Assembly: GCA_019058365.1 (NCBI GenBank)
Contig: JAHPZE010000009.1
Coordinates: 1-64,000, forward strand
Reading direction: 5' to 3'
Origin: Promethearchaeota archaeon
GTDB taxonomy: Archaea; Asgardarchaeota; Lokiarchaeia; Sigyniarchaeales; SOKP01
Length of the DNA stretch: 64,000 nt
In this document: piece by piece, positions 47,770 to 58,565 of the stretch
How positions within the stretch are numbered: the stretch's first letter is position 1
Layout of the letters: every line of letters starts with the position of its first letter
Program-made: the position numbers and the translations under genes
Notes under the pieces: generated by a model
What the model was told of the DNA's origin: nothing
Database searches by the model: none
What the model saw: the letters and a program-made list of their open reading frames with translations, nothing else

Positions 47770-50616
47770 TTATTTTCTCTTAAATGAAAAGTTTTTAAGT
47801 TTCTCCAGTGAAATTTTCCCCTTTTTTAAAAGTATTCCCAAAATTACACCAATTATAGCTATTCCACCAACTATTGATACAACAATAATAATTATAACAG
47901 TTGGATCTAATCCTCCAGAGGGAATACCTTTTATTATTATTACTTCTTCAAATGCTTCATTTCCTACAATATCTCTCGCAAAGAACGTGATGGTAACACT
48001 ACCTTCAGGTAGTACATCCCAAGCAGCTTGATTAATAGTTCCGTTTTCTGTAAACGTATAATTATTTAATCCGCCATCAAGTGTATACCACATCTCATAT
48101 ACATAAATATCAGTTACTTCTATGTTGAAATTGGGAGCTGTATTGCCAAATCTCTCACCTTCTAAAGGTGAATTAATAATTATCCTTGGTGCACCATCTT
48201 CAGCTATTGGCAAATAATCGATACTTCCCGCAGAACCACCTATATACGTATATGGGTTATCCACAATCCCATCTTGTGGGCTTACATCTGGACCTGTGTG
48301 ATTATCCCAGTAATTACCAATTATGGTATCATTCCACTTGTTATCAGATCCATCATCAACAGCATGTTTTCCATTTTTCAGAAAGAAATTTTTATAAACT
48401 GAATTGCTACCGCAATTAGATTCAAAAAATATTCCTTGGGTGTTATTATATATAATGTTTCCAATAATAAAATTCTCATTAGAATCATCCTGGATATATA
48501 CCCCTGTATTCTTGCTATTGTCAACTGTATTTCCCGAGATTGTATTATTATTGCTTCCCTCCAGACCTATTCCAAGTTCATCATTATTGTTTGCTGTATT
48601 TCCTATTACATCATTAAAATCACTGTAATATAAATACATTCCTTCCTGATTCCCATTAAAATAATTTCCTAAAATAATATTATTATAGCATTCATCCTCA
48701 AGAAAAATCCCATTATAAATATTATCATTTGCAGAATTCTCGCTAATATAATTGTGATCACTCCTACTTAAATAAATTCCTGCCCTATCATTATTATTTG
48801 CTATATTTTCAATTATACAATTGTAATCACTATCCTCTAAATGAATCCCATCGCAATTTCCATTTGCTATGTTTCCAGAAATAGTATTATTATAACAAAA
48901 ATACCATAAAACTATCCCTTGATCGTTATCATTTGCGCTATTTCCTGATAATGTATTATTATAACATTCTTCTAAATATATTCCTTCTTCAGTGTTTCCA
49001 TTTACAATATTATCGATAATATAACTGAAATTGCATATGTTTATATAGATCCCCTCATCATTATTATTTGCGGTGTTTCCTGTAATATTGACGTAGTTGA
49101 TTGCATATCCATAAATCCCATCAATATTATTATCATTTGCAGTGTTTTCATAAATAGTGATGCTATTGCTATATTCTACGTATATCCCATTATCATTATT
49201 AGAACAATTATTATTGATTAATCGAGAATTATTCACATTATCAAAATAGATTCCTGCTTCATCAGAATTATAAATCAGGCACTCTTGAATTATGAAAGAG
49301 ACATTTGAATTTCTGATATCAATGCCATATTTTTCTGTTCCAAAACCGCTAATTATAAGATTTTCAATGATATATGGATCCAAAGATGTTCCTGTTCCAG
49401 AGCACCAAGGTTGACTTTTTGCCCACGTCCAATTATGTGCACCAACTCCAGTAGCATAATCATTTATAAAAATTGGTAATTCCACTGTAGGAGATGAGCA
49501 ATCGTTATATTCTATAATATTTCCTTCGCAGTAGGTTTCATAAATACACCAATTATTATCTTCTAAGGAATTTCCTGTGATATTATTATAGTTACTATTA
49601 TAATCAAGTCTTATACCTAAATCGCTTTTATTTATTGTATTATTCTTAATCTCATTGCTATCAGAATTATAGTATAAATATATCCCTATTTCAAGGTTAT
49701 TATTGATGGTATTACCTATGATATTACTATTATCGCAATCCTGTAAATATATCCCACGTTTATTATTGTTAATACTATTACCAGTTACATTAATATAATG
49801 ACAAGTATCCAAACAAATCCCTATTCCTCCATTATTATTTGCTGTATTGTTGATAACGGAATTTTCATTATTATTATATCTGATATATATGCCATTAACA
49901 TTGTTCTCATTCGCTGTATTATTTAAAATAATGTTATTATCGCTTCCACCTTGAAAGCTGTTTATAAATATACCATATTGATTATTGTTGTTTACAATAT
50001 TTAGTGTAATGTTATTATAATTACAGTCAGTTTCCAGTTGTATTCCATCATTATTATTATTTATTACATTCCCTGTAATGTTATTATATTCGCAGTTCGT
50101 ATCGAAATATAATCCATTCCATTCATTATCTTTTAGTGTATTCTCTATGATTTTATTTCCATCACTATCAATTAAATAAATACCCTGTTTATTACCTGAA
50201 ATAGTGTTATTTATGATGGTTCCATTATTTGTATTCTCCAGCCAAATTCCCGAATCAAAAAAAGAGTGATCTGCATTGAATATCGTACAATTCCTAATAA
50301 TAAAATATTCATTCACCGAATTATTTATTAAAATTCCATTTCCTGTAGGTGAATCACTTGCATCAATAGTTACATTTTCAATAAAGTAAATTCCATTCTT
50401 AAAATAACACCAAGAATAATTACCAGCAGTCCAAGACCAATTTTTAGGATTACTATCATCAATATGGATGAATGAAAGATTATAACCTCCTGAGCTTTTA
50501 GGATCAATTTTAATAGATTTATGATTATCAATTAAATTCATATTTTTACTTATCGATAAAGGAACTAAAAACCCCAATATTATTAAAATTACTAATTTAT
50601 ATCTTTTAGACATCAT
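47770..50616 (-). CDS. NosD/PbH1 parallel beta-helix surface protein with Ig-like domain and TM anchor
   Basis: Signal peptide, many GIYL..S..N.I..N repeats, GNYWD, YTLDGG...ARD.VGN and a C-terminal TM. Confidence 0.9.
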   Translation of the reverse strand: MMSKRYKLVILIILGFLVPLSISKNMNLIDNHKSIKIDPKSSGGYNLSFIHIDDSNPKNWSWTAGNYSWCYFKNGIYFIENVTIDASDSPTGNGILINNSVNEYFIIRNCTIFNADHSFFDSGIWLENTNNGTIINNTISGNKQGIYLIDSDGNKIIENTLKDNEWNGLYFDTNCEYNNITGNVINNNNDGIQLETDCNYNNITLNIVNNNNQYGIFINSFQGGSDNNIILNNTANENNVNGIYIRYNNNENSVINNTANNNGGIGICLDTCHYINVTGNSINNNKRGIYLQDCDNSNIIGNTINNNLEIGIYLYYNSDSNEIKNNTINKSDLGIRLDYNSNYNNITGNSLEDNNWCIYETYCEGNIIEYNDCSSPTVELPIFINDYATGVGAHNWTWAKSQPWCSGTGTSLDPYIIENLIISGFGTEKYGIDIRNSNVSFIIQECLIYNSDEAGIYFDNVNNSRLINNNCSNNDNGIYVEYSNSITIYENTANDNNIDGIYGYAINYVNITGNTANNNDEGIYINICNFSYIIDNIVNGNTEEGIYLEECYNNTLSGNSANDNDQGIVLWYFCYNNTISGNIANGNCDGIHLEDSDYNCIIENIANNNDRAGIYLSRSDHNYISENSANDNIYNGIFLEDECYNNIILGNYFNGNQEGMYLYYSDFNDVIGNTANNNDELGIGLEGSNNNTISGNTVDNSKNTGVYIQDDSNENFIIGNIIYNNTQGIFFESNCGSNSVYKNFFLKNGKHAVDDGSDNKWNDTIIGNYWDNHTGPDVSPQDGIVDNPYTYIGGSAGSIDYLPIAEDGAPRIIINSPLEGERFGNTAPNFNIEVTDIYVYEMWYTLDGGLNNYTFTENGTINQAAWDVLPEGSVTITFFARDIVGNEAFEEVIIIKGIPSGGLDPTVIIIIVVSIVGGIAIIGVILGILLKKGKISLEKLKNFSFKRK

Positions 50617-50805
50617 TGTATATTTTTATCAAATTTTTTTTGGTTAAATATGTTGATGAGAATGAAATATTTAAGATTTTTGAAATCTGAATTTATTATC
50701 TATTTTAGTTAGAATGCTGTGAAGGACGCATAACCAATTGTGTTTATATGAACACTATTTAATTATAAAACTTTTGAAATGAACACATTATACCAATTCG
50801 TAAAA

Positions 50806-51588
50806 TTAAAACAAATGAATTAAAGCAATAATTGATAAGATAATAGATTTTAAACCGATCACTAAAAGAAACAAAATTACAGCAATCTGAAATTTCTTAA
50901 CAGAGATTTTAGGTGTTATTTGATGACCTAATTTAGTTCCAAGAAATATAATTGGAAATACCAATATAAATACGATGAGAAGTTCATATGGGAAGATATC
51001 TCCAAGAAAGTAAAATGGTATCCTCGAGAGTGACAATATAGTCCCAATAGCACCAAAATTTTCGATAAAACTTTCTCGGTAATGCCCTGTCTTTTCTAAT
51101 AAGGCTACATTAATAGGTCCCGCTGCACTAATTAAACCCGTTAATAATCCATAAGAAAATCCGCCAAAAAAGATAATGGGGGATGTTGTATTAATTTTAT
51201 TTTTAATTACCATATTTTCGGGATTTTTAAAGTATATAATGAGCTTTAAAGAAGAATAAGTGAGAATGAAAATTCCCAGAACCAATTCTATCCATTCTAC
51301 TCGAAAACTTATAATTAAATAAGTTCCTAGGATTGTTGCTGGAATGCCTAATGATAGGAATCGGAAAAAATAACCTTTATCCAAAAATTTACGGTATTTT
51401 ATAAAATTCAATAAAGCAGGAAAAGTTCCCCAGATATTTACCAGTATTACTGCATTTTTAATCCCTATTATGGGAGTTATAATAGGTATTAAGACTAAAG
51501 CATCTCCAAATCCGATAATACCGTAAACCATACTCGAGAAAAAGATTGCAATCAATGAAAGATAAATAATCATATTATGGGATTTCAA
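50806..51588 (-). CDS. TauE/SafE (TSUP) family exporter
   Basis: GIIGFGDAL, GLISAAGP and about 8 TM. Confidence 0.88.
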   Translation of the reverse strand: MKSHNMIIYLSLIAIFFSSMVYGIIGFGDALVLIPIITPIIGIKNAVILVNIWGTFPALLNFIKYRKFLDKGYFFRFLSLGIPATILGTYLIISFRVEWIELVLGIFILTYSSLKLIIYFKNPENMVIKNKINTTSPIIFFGGFSYGLLTGLISAAGPINVALLEKTGHYRESFIENFGAIGTILSLSRIPFYFLGDIFPYELLIVFILVFPIIFLGTKLGHQITPKISVKKFQIAVILFLLVIGLKSIILSIIALIHLF

Positions 51589-51675
51589 AAATTAGATAAT
51601 GTAAAAAGCTTTTTAGATTAAGACTTTTTACAAAAAAATCAATTATTCAGACATTTTTTAAAATTTAAAAAAATC

Positions 51676-52416
51676 CTAATATTCTTCATTAATCCTTTTT
51701 TGAGGACTTTTTTTCTTTTTACCAAAAAGAAGCTTTTGGTTTTTTTCTAAAAACTTAGGGCCGAATCCAGTTAAATCCTCCAATGGTCCTTTTATTCCTT
51801 TAATTCGACCTGTCCTTGTATATACGATTTCAGTATATTTAATAGCTCTAAATACTTCATATGGTGTTTTAAAATTATCTATTAATGTACTTGCCTTTTT
51901 AGAACCTATATCTGCTAAACCTTCTATTATAAAAGACCTTCTTTCTTTTTTAGACATTGATTTAGGCGCTTTTCTTGAGAATATAGGCATACTATCTTTT
52001 ACTTGTTCCCTATAAGCTATTCTCTCAATAACTATTGCAGTATCCTCCAGATTTCTAGTAGGGATTACAGAAATCCCTAATTTGTAAGATATAAAAGAAA
52101 GAGCACCATAAATCGAGGAAATTTTCATACCTGTATTTTCAAATACCTCATCATTCAGACCTTCCAATATCAAAATCGGATATTGATATGTATCTTTTAA
52201 TCGAAGTAATTGTTCGAATAATCTATTATCCATAATTGATGATACAAAATCAAATCCTTCTTTTCTTTCTATTGCAACCTCGCTGGAAACAACAATATCG
52301 GCAATATCTAATTGTTTTGAATCATATGTTATTACATCTTTCTTAGTGTCTAATAGAGCCATTAATTTCTGTTCTCTATTATCAATAATTACATGGAGTA
52401 GTTTATTTTCACTCAT
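51676..52416 (-). CDS. xpf: Short XPF/ERCC4 endonuclease (nuclease plus HhH)
   Basis: IDNRE, AD...AIERK..DF..SI.DNRL..Q and an HhH region. Confidence 0.9.
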   Translation of the reverse strand: MSENKLLHVIIDNREQKLMALLDTKKDVITYDSKQLDIADIVVSSEVAIERKEGFDFVSSIMDNRLFEQLLRLKDTYQYPILILEGLNDEVFENTGMKISSIYGALSFISYKLGISVIPTRNLEDTAIVIERIAYREQVKDSMPIFSRKAPKSMSKKERRSFIIEGLADIGSKKASTLIDNFKTPYEVFRAIKYTEIVYTRTGRIKGIKGPLEDLTGFGPKFLEKNQKLLFGKKKKSPQKRINEEY

Positions 52417-52512
52417 ACTACTATTTAAAAATTAATGAGTTAAGTATTAAATATTTCACATTTTAGTTATTAAACTATTAATCTTAAATTTAAAAATAAA
52501 AATTTTCAAAAT

Positions 52513-53043
52513 TTAGCTAGGAATTTCTTTTTCTTTAGAAATCATAATTAATGTTTGATTAAATCCTTTCAAATAATTTGTAATATCTCTTATATGGTAT
52601 AATTTATTATGTACTACAATAAATAATATAAATAAAAGCCCCGCAATCTCAGTAATTATCACTAATGGATCTGTCCATAATTTTCTAAGCCAATAAATGA
52701 AGGGTTCTTCAATGTAAGGAAAATCATAAGAAAAAAAGGGATAAAATAATGGGACATATGGAAGATCCAATATGATATGAGAAATGAGTCCGAAAAGAAA
52801 GGGAAGAGAAATACTTTTATTTCTTTTAGTGGAAAAATGGACAATTAAAAAACTTATAATTACAAAAAGTAGGTTATGAGAATAAAGTCTTCCTCCTCCT
52901 AAATCTAAAAGGAATAGTGGTTTATCAATTATATCTGGAAGTAACGCACCAATTATCAATGATAACCGATTGATTTTTAATCGTTTAATTCGCGGAATTT
53001 CCGTTAAAACTAAAGGCAGAGCAACATGGAATATTAGATAAAT
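52513..53043 (-). CDS. Membrane metal-dependent hydrolase (YdjM-like); probable ATT start
   Basis: GALLPDIIDK, R.YSH and SHIILD. The family's N-terminal His (YLIFH) lies upstream of the ORF-track start at 52959. Confidence 0.75.
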   Translation of the reverse strand: MYLIFHVALPLVLTEIPRIKRLKINRLSLIIGALLPDIIDKPLFLLDLGGGRLYSHNLLFVIISFLIVHFSTKRNKSISLPFLFGLISHIILDLPYVPLFYPFFSYDFPYIEEPFIYWLRKLWTDPLVIITEIAGLLFILFIVVHNKLYHIRDITNYLKGFNQTLIMISKEKEIPS

Positions 53044-53065
53044 ATTTTATCACGCTTTTCTTCAA

Positions 53066-54346
53066 TTAAAATAATGCTATTTTTAAAAAGTATAATAAAT
53101 AAAACACTAATCCAAACAAAACTAAAAATTCAATAGCTAATTTTAAGGATCTTTTAATCAAATAACTATAAGGAATTAATTTTTCATGAAATAAACCTAA
53201 TTTCTCGAATAGATCACTAATTCTTATAGTTCCTAATCCTTGAGCAGTTGGGTCAAAATTCAAATCTAATCTGGATGTCTTTATTAAATCTATTATAGCA
53301 TTATATGAAATTTGAGGATTAAATTCTTTAATTAATGCTATTATCCCTACTGCAATTGAAGCAGAAACACTAGTACCGGTAACTCTTACCCGTAAATTAT
53401 TCGATAATGGCACAATTATATTTGAACTAGGCAAACATAAATCGGGTTTTATTCTTTCGTCTAAGGTAGGACCTCTTCCGCTAAATCTAGGTATTGTAAG
53501 TTCTTTTGTAAGAGCTCCAACTGTAATAACTTTTTCTGCTGCCCCAGGACTTCCTATAGTATAAGAATCAGGACCAAAATTACCTGCAGGGCTCACTATG
53601 ATTAAACCATTATTAACATATAGATTGCAAGCTAACGATAAGATATCTTTTCCATCAGATGGATCTTTAGTTGTTAGAGAAATTAAAAGAATGTCAATGT
53701 GAATTCTATCCTTATTAATCTTTTCAAATATTTTTAAAACATCAGAAATATGATATTCCTCATCTAATTTAGTTAATTTTAAATCAATTAGATTGATATT
53801 TGGAGCAATTCCAATAAAATTATCATCAATATCCTTAAACTGGTTGCTGATTATACTTGCCATAATAGTCCCATGAGTAATGTCTTTTATTGGTTCCTCA
53901 TTTTTATTTCCTTTTTTATTTCCATCTAAAGGATCCTTCAGCTTAGGTATTGATGGTAAACTTTCGTTTATCCCATCATCTACAATTCCTACATTAATAT
54001 TTGTTCCTCTATATATGATGTGGGAATTTTGATAATCATTTAGTCCTAAAATCTCTGAAACATCTAGCATTGAGAAATGAAGCTTTTGATCTTCTTCGAT
54101 TTGGTTTATTAACTTTTCTTTTTCAAAATGATAAATCTGGTCTTTCTCTAAATTAGCATAAATTGAAGGTATAATATCAAACTTACCCAAAATTTTCAAA
54201 TCTTTATATTTTTCTACGAATATTTCTCGATTTGACAAATCTTTAAATGAAATTATTACCTGAAATTTTTGATCTTTATGTTGAGTTTCAATCTTTTCTT
54301 TAAATGGACTATAAATTGTCATAATCTCAATTTTTATTAAGTTCAT
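53066..54346 (-). CDS. Subtilisin-family (S8) protease with propeptide and C-terminal TM
   Basis: VDDGI, HGT, AGN, SGRGP and GTS. Confidence 0.88.
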   Translation of the reverse strand: MNLIKIEIMTIYSPFKEKIETQHKDQKFQVIISFKDLSNREIFVEKYKDLKILGKFDIIPSIYANLEKDQIYHFEKEKLINQIEEDQKLHFSMLDVSEILGLNDYQNSHIIYRGTNINVGIVDDGINESLPSIPKLKDPLDGNKKGNKNEEPIKDITHGTIMASIISNQFKDIDDNFIGIAPNINLIDLKLTKLDEEYHISDVLKIFEKINKDRIHIDILLISLTTKDPSDGKDILSLACNLYVNNGLIIVSPAGNFGPDSYTIGSPGAAEKVITVGALTKELTIPRFSGRGPTLDERIKPDLCLPSSNIIVPLSNNLRVRVTGTSVSASIAVGIIALIKEFNPQISYNAIIDLIKTSRLDLNFDPTAQGLGTIRISDLFEKLGLFHEKLIPYSYLIKRSLKLAIEFLVLFGLVFYLLYFLKIALF

Positions 54347-54362
54347 TAAAATTTTATTTGGA

Positions 54363-55934
54363 TTACCATGGCTTTTTTAATGTAGTTGACCTACTCATTT
54401 TAGATTTTTTTGGATAATCTATATTAAAATGAATTCCTCGGCTTTCTTTTCGTGATATTGCACTAACAATAATAATCTTTGCAACAGTTGCCAGATTTCT
54501 TAATTCAAGTAAATTTTTTTCTATTTTAAAATCCCAGTAATACTGGTTAATTTCATCTAATAATAAGTTAATTCTCTTCTTCGCTCTTTGTAAACGCAAA
54601 TCAGTGCGAACAATACCAACGTAGTTCCACATAAATCTCCTAATTTCATCCCAATTCTGTGAAATTATAACTGCTTCCGTAGATGGGACAGCATGGCCAG
54701 GTTCCCATTCGGGAAATTCTTTTATTTTCAATTTAGAAATGTTATTCTTAAGTGTAATGCTACATTCATGGGCGTTGACTAATCCCTCTAATAATGAATT
54801 ACTCGCTAATCTATTCGCTCCATGCAGTCCTGTACATGAAGATTCACCAATGACATATAGATTTTTAACTTCTGAAGTCCCATCAATCCTAGTTATCACA
54901 CCTCCGCAACAATAATGAGCAGCGGGGACGATAGGAATTGGTTCTTTGGTAATATCAATGTTAAATTTCAGACATTGTTCATAAATCCCTGGAAAATGAC
55001 TGATAATAAAATCTGAGCTTTTGTATGAAGCAATGTCTAATAATACATAATCATCGCCAGATTTCTTCAATTCAGCATCAATTGCTCTCGAAACTATATC
55101 CCTAGGTGCTAATTCTTTTTGGGGATGATAATTTTCCATAAATTGCTTTCCGTTAAAATCCTTTAATATTGCTCCTTCTCCTCGCATTGCTTCAGAAATT
55201 AAAAATGATTTTGCATATGGATGATATAAACATGTTGGATGAAATTGATAAAACTCCATATTTGAAATTGAACATCCTGCACGATAAGCCATAGCTATTC
55301 CATCCCCTGAAGCAATATCAGGATTAGTAGTATAGAGATATATCTTACCTGCACCTCCTGTTGCTAATATTGTAGCTCTTGCGGCAATATTATGGATCTC
55401 GCCACTATCTTGGTTTAAAACGTAAGCACCAAAACATTTGAAATTCTCAGCATATAAATTTACAGCGCAGCATTTTTCTTTTATTTCTACATTATGCAAT
55501 TTTTTAACTTTATCGATGAGTACTTGTTCAACACTTTGCCCTGTCTGATCATTTATATGAAGAATTCTTCTTTGGGAATGCCCTCCTTCTTGCCCTAAAT
55601 CGTATTCTCCTTCTTCATTGCGTGTAAATTCAATCCCTAAATCTATTAAATCTTTAATTCTATTAGGAGCTTGAGTAATTATCTCTCTAACAACGTTTTC
55701 ATCACACAAACCATCACCAGCTATTATCGTATCATGAATATGCTTTTCAAAATTATCACTTTTATCCCATACACAAGCAATGCCTCCTTGGGCATAGAAT
55801 GTACTGCTTTCATGTAAACTTTCTTTTGTTATCAATAAGATTTTTTCTTCAGGTACTAATTTAGAAAGATTTAATGCTAAAGAAAGTCCAGATATTCCAC
55901 TTCCAATAATTAAGAAATCTGTTTTATACTTCAA
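54363..55934 (-). CDS. nadB: L-aspartate oxidase
   Basis: YAQGGI, EGGHSQRRILH, QFHPT, LAPRDIVSR and HGANRLASNSLLEG. Confidence 0.95.
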   Translation of the reverse strand: MKYKTDFLIIGSGISGLSLALNLSKLVPEEKILLITKESLHESSTFYAQGGIACVWDKSDNFEKHIHDTIIAGDGLCDENVVREIITQAPNRIKDLIDLGIEFTRNEEGEYDLGQEGGHSQRRILHINDQTGQSVEQVLIDKVKKLHNVEIKEKCCAVNLYAENFKCFGAYVLNQDSGEIHNIAARATILATGGAGKIYLYTTNPDIASGDGIAMAYRAGCSISNMEFYQFHPTCLYHPYAKSFLISEAMRGEGAILKDFNGKQFMENYHPQKELAPRDIVSRAIDAELKKSGDDYVLLDIASYKSSDFIISHFPGIYEQCLKFNIDITKEPIPIVPAAHYCCGGVITRIDGTSEVKNLYVIGESSCTGLHGANRLASNSLLEGLVNAHECSITLKNNISKLKIKEFPEWEPGHAVPSTEAVIISQNWDEIRRFMWNYVGIVRTDLRLQRAKKRINLLLDEINQYYWDFKIEKNLLELRNLATVAKIIIVSAISRKESRGIHFNIDYPKKSKMSRSTTLKKPW

Positions 55935-56170
55935 TTGAGTTAATCTATTTTTTCCATAATATAATTAGAATTTATTTTAGAATACAATTAATAAAATTAA
56001 AATTTTATTACAATTAAAATAAGAGAAATCATTTTTAAGGGTTTATTTTCTTAATTTTCTATTTATTTCGTTAATATTGTTCTCTACTACTTCAATACAT
56101 TGTTTTTGTTCCTTTTTGAAATTATCCAAAATTCTTTTTTGATAAAAAATATTTATTATCAATTAAGGAA

Positions 56171-56686
56171 TTGGAATATCAAAATATTCTTATGATAAAA
56201 CGTGTACTCTTTTACTGTGCGGGAAACACTTGTAGAAGTCCTTTTGCTGAAGCATATGCAAATTGGTTAAAAAAAACTAAGTTTAAAAAAGAACTACGAG
56301 AAGTAGAATTTGATTCCGCTGGGATCTACCACTATTATAAAACTGCTCAACCTGGAACAATAAATTATCTAAAGTTAAAAGGCATTGATATTAGTGATTT
56401 TACAACAAAAAAAATTAATTCAAAATTACTTGAGAAGCAAGATCTAATTTTAGGGTTCGAGCAAAAACATCACATTAACAAATTGAAAAGAAAATTTAAG
56501 AATCTTAAAGGAATTGACGATAAAGTCTTCTTATTATTAAAATATGTTGGTGAAAAAGAGAATTTAGAGATAAAAGATCCTTTTTATTTACCACAAGATG
56601 AGTATAATAAAATTCTTGAGAGGATCGAGAAAGGAGTATTGAAACTCATAGAAAAAATTATTGAAGTTAATAGAAAGGAAGAATAA
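56171..56686 (+). CDS. Low-molecular-weight protein-tyrosine phosphatase
   Basis: CAGNTCRS P-loop and DPFY. Confidence 0.9.
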   Translation: MEYQNILMIKRVLFYCAGNTCRSPFAEAYANWLKKTKFKKELREVEFDSAGIYHYYKTAQPGTINYLKLKGIDISDFTTKKINSKLLEKQDLILGFEQKHHINKLKRKFKNLKGIDDKVFLLLKYVGEKENLEIKDPFYLPQDEYNKILERIEKGVLKLIEKIIEVNRKEE

Positions 56687-56710
56687 GATCTAATTAATTT
56701 TATTTTTAAT

Positions 56711-58366
56711 TTATAAAAATTCAGAATACTTTTGACTGAAATATTTTTTTATTATATATTTAGTTGATGCAAATTTCTGAATATTTCCCTGAAAGTTCTT
56801 AAGGTCTTTAGAAAATGTTTGTTCAAACTCTTGTGAAAAATTATCAAGTTTTTTGAATAAAACAGGTAAGTCCGTAGTGGCTATTAAAGCAGCAATATGA
56901 TATTTTCCGAATGCAAAAAAAAGATGGTTTCCTTCTTTATCAATTTTCTTAATATACTTTTTACTTTGAGTTATTTCAGAGATAATAGTTATTATTCCTG
57001 ATAATGCGCCAGAAATAAGATCTTCATCAATTACACATTCAGTTTCCTCTTCTTTAGGCTGATATTTTTGTATAAAACTATGATTATAAATACAAACTCC
57101 ACTATTGCTGAAGATAAAAATGCTCTTTAACGCCTTTGCCCAATCTCTTTCTTTAGAAACCAAAATATCTTTTCCCGCCATTATCCAAACAAGAGTAATA
57201 ACTAAAACAAATGAATTGAGTAGGTTAGGCAAGTTTGGTAACACAGTTTCAATATTTGTTTCTGCATAAAGGACATCAATCCATCGATATAATAAATATC
57301 CTAAGGCAAGCCCAAAGCACATCAATGACATAAAAAGACCATTTATTCCTCCTCTATATTTTAAATTACCTCTTTCAGTCGAAAAATCTCCAGAGATTGT
57401 AATTATTGCTAATATTAGTGGAAGAATGGCCAAAGCGTAATGAATCGAGATATGGATTTTTATCGGAATCCAAAATACAGATTCTACATTTGGAAGATAA
57501 AAGGAACTATGCGATATATAAAAAAAGGAAACTACTAAAATTCCTATAATTAATGTATTCTTTCGGCCAACATTATCAAAAAACCAACCCGCAGCAATAA
57601 CATAAAAAAACGATATTACTGAAAAAGTTATAATATCAATGTTATACCCGTTGAAATAATCCAAGGATGTATACAATAAACCTCCTAAAATGCCACTTAA
57701 AAGGGCAAAAGTAATCGAATATCGAGAAAAATGTTTCTCAAAAATTAATTTTAAATATTTCTTATCAGATTTAAGTCTCTTTTCAGTCTCAATATATTTA
57801 TAGGTCCTTGAAAACCATACTATAATGATTAAGAAAATGGCTTCTATAATGATAAGAAAGATGAATAAATCCTTAAAAAAAATAAATATAAGCCCCGTTA
57901 AGCCTATAAGAAAGCAAGTCATTAATAATATTGCTGATATTCTTCCTCTATTTAAGATAGTTGTTTCATGAACTAGCGTTGAAAACCAAACTATAATTAA
58001 TTGAGGGATCGAAATCAATACAATTATTAAACTAATCAGATTAGTTAAAGGATATGAAAATGTACTTAGATACAAGCCTAATATACAAATAGACAGAGTT
58101 ATAATGTACAATCTTGTTTTATTTTTAATGATATCAACAAGGAATCCAGATAATAAGAAAATGAGAGAAATTACAAATAAGATGATAATTACTGGAATCT
58201 CTCGAGCAAACTCATGGGTCATATTAACAAAATAATCGAGTATAAAAAATTCAACTATTAAAATAATAGCAAGAAAAGAGAAAAACAAATAAAAAAATGA
58301 TTTCTTTCCTATGTTTAAATCTTTAGCAAATACTTTTCCAAACCAATATTTTATACTTTTTTTCAT
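56711..58366 (-). CDS. MFS-like 12-TM protein fused to a C-terminal longin domain
   Basis: GFLVD..K and GWFFDNVGRK (motif A-like), then SGVCIY...DLISGALSGI..I.SEI...F...FQGN. Confidence 0.78.
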   Translation of the reverse strand: MKKSIKYWFGKVFAKDLNIGKKSFFYLFFSFLAIILIVEFFILDYFVNMTHEFAREIPVIIILFVISLIFLLSGFLVDIIKNKTRLYIITLSICILGLYLSTFSYPLTNLISLIIVLISIPQLIIVWFSTLVHETTILNRGRISAILLMTCFLIGLTGLIFIFFKDLFIFLIIIEAIFLIIIVWFSRTYKYIETEKRLKSDKKYLKLIFEKHFSRYSITFALLSGILGGLLYTSLDYFNGYNIDIITFSVISFFYVIAAGWFFDNVGRKNTLIIGILVVSFFYISHSSFYLPNVESVFWIPIKIHISIHYALAILPLILAIITISGDFSTERGNLKYRGGINGLFMSLMCFGLALGYLLYRWIDVLYAETNIETVLPNLPNLLNSFVLVITLVWIMAGKDILVSKERDWAKALKSIFIFSNSGVCIYNHSFIQKYQPKEEETECVIDEDLISGALSGIITIISEITQSKKYIKKIDKEGNHLFFAFGKYHIAALIATTDLPVLFKKLDNFSQEFEQTFSKDLKNFQGNIQKFASTKYIIKKYFSQKYSEFL

Positions 58367-58565
58367 ATTTCTCTTATTTAGCGATATGCTTAAATCTAAA
58401 AAAAAAAAAATAGCTTTTCTATGAATATTAGAATAGTGTTGATTTGAATTGCATATATTTGATATTTGTACTATTTTTAGGACGTCTTTTTATTTAATAT
58501 TTTTCCCATAACTATTTGAATTAAAAAAGGTTATTAAATAATCAGAAAAGAGAGTTGTTTACTAA

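Noticed and set aside
48400-50350. ATT/AAT-rich periodicity as a DNA repeat element
   Set aside because: Explained by Asn-rich beta-helix codons.
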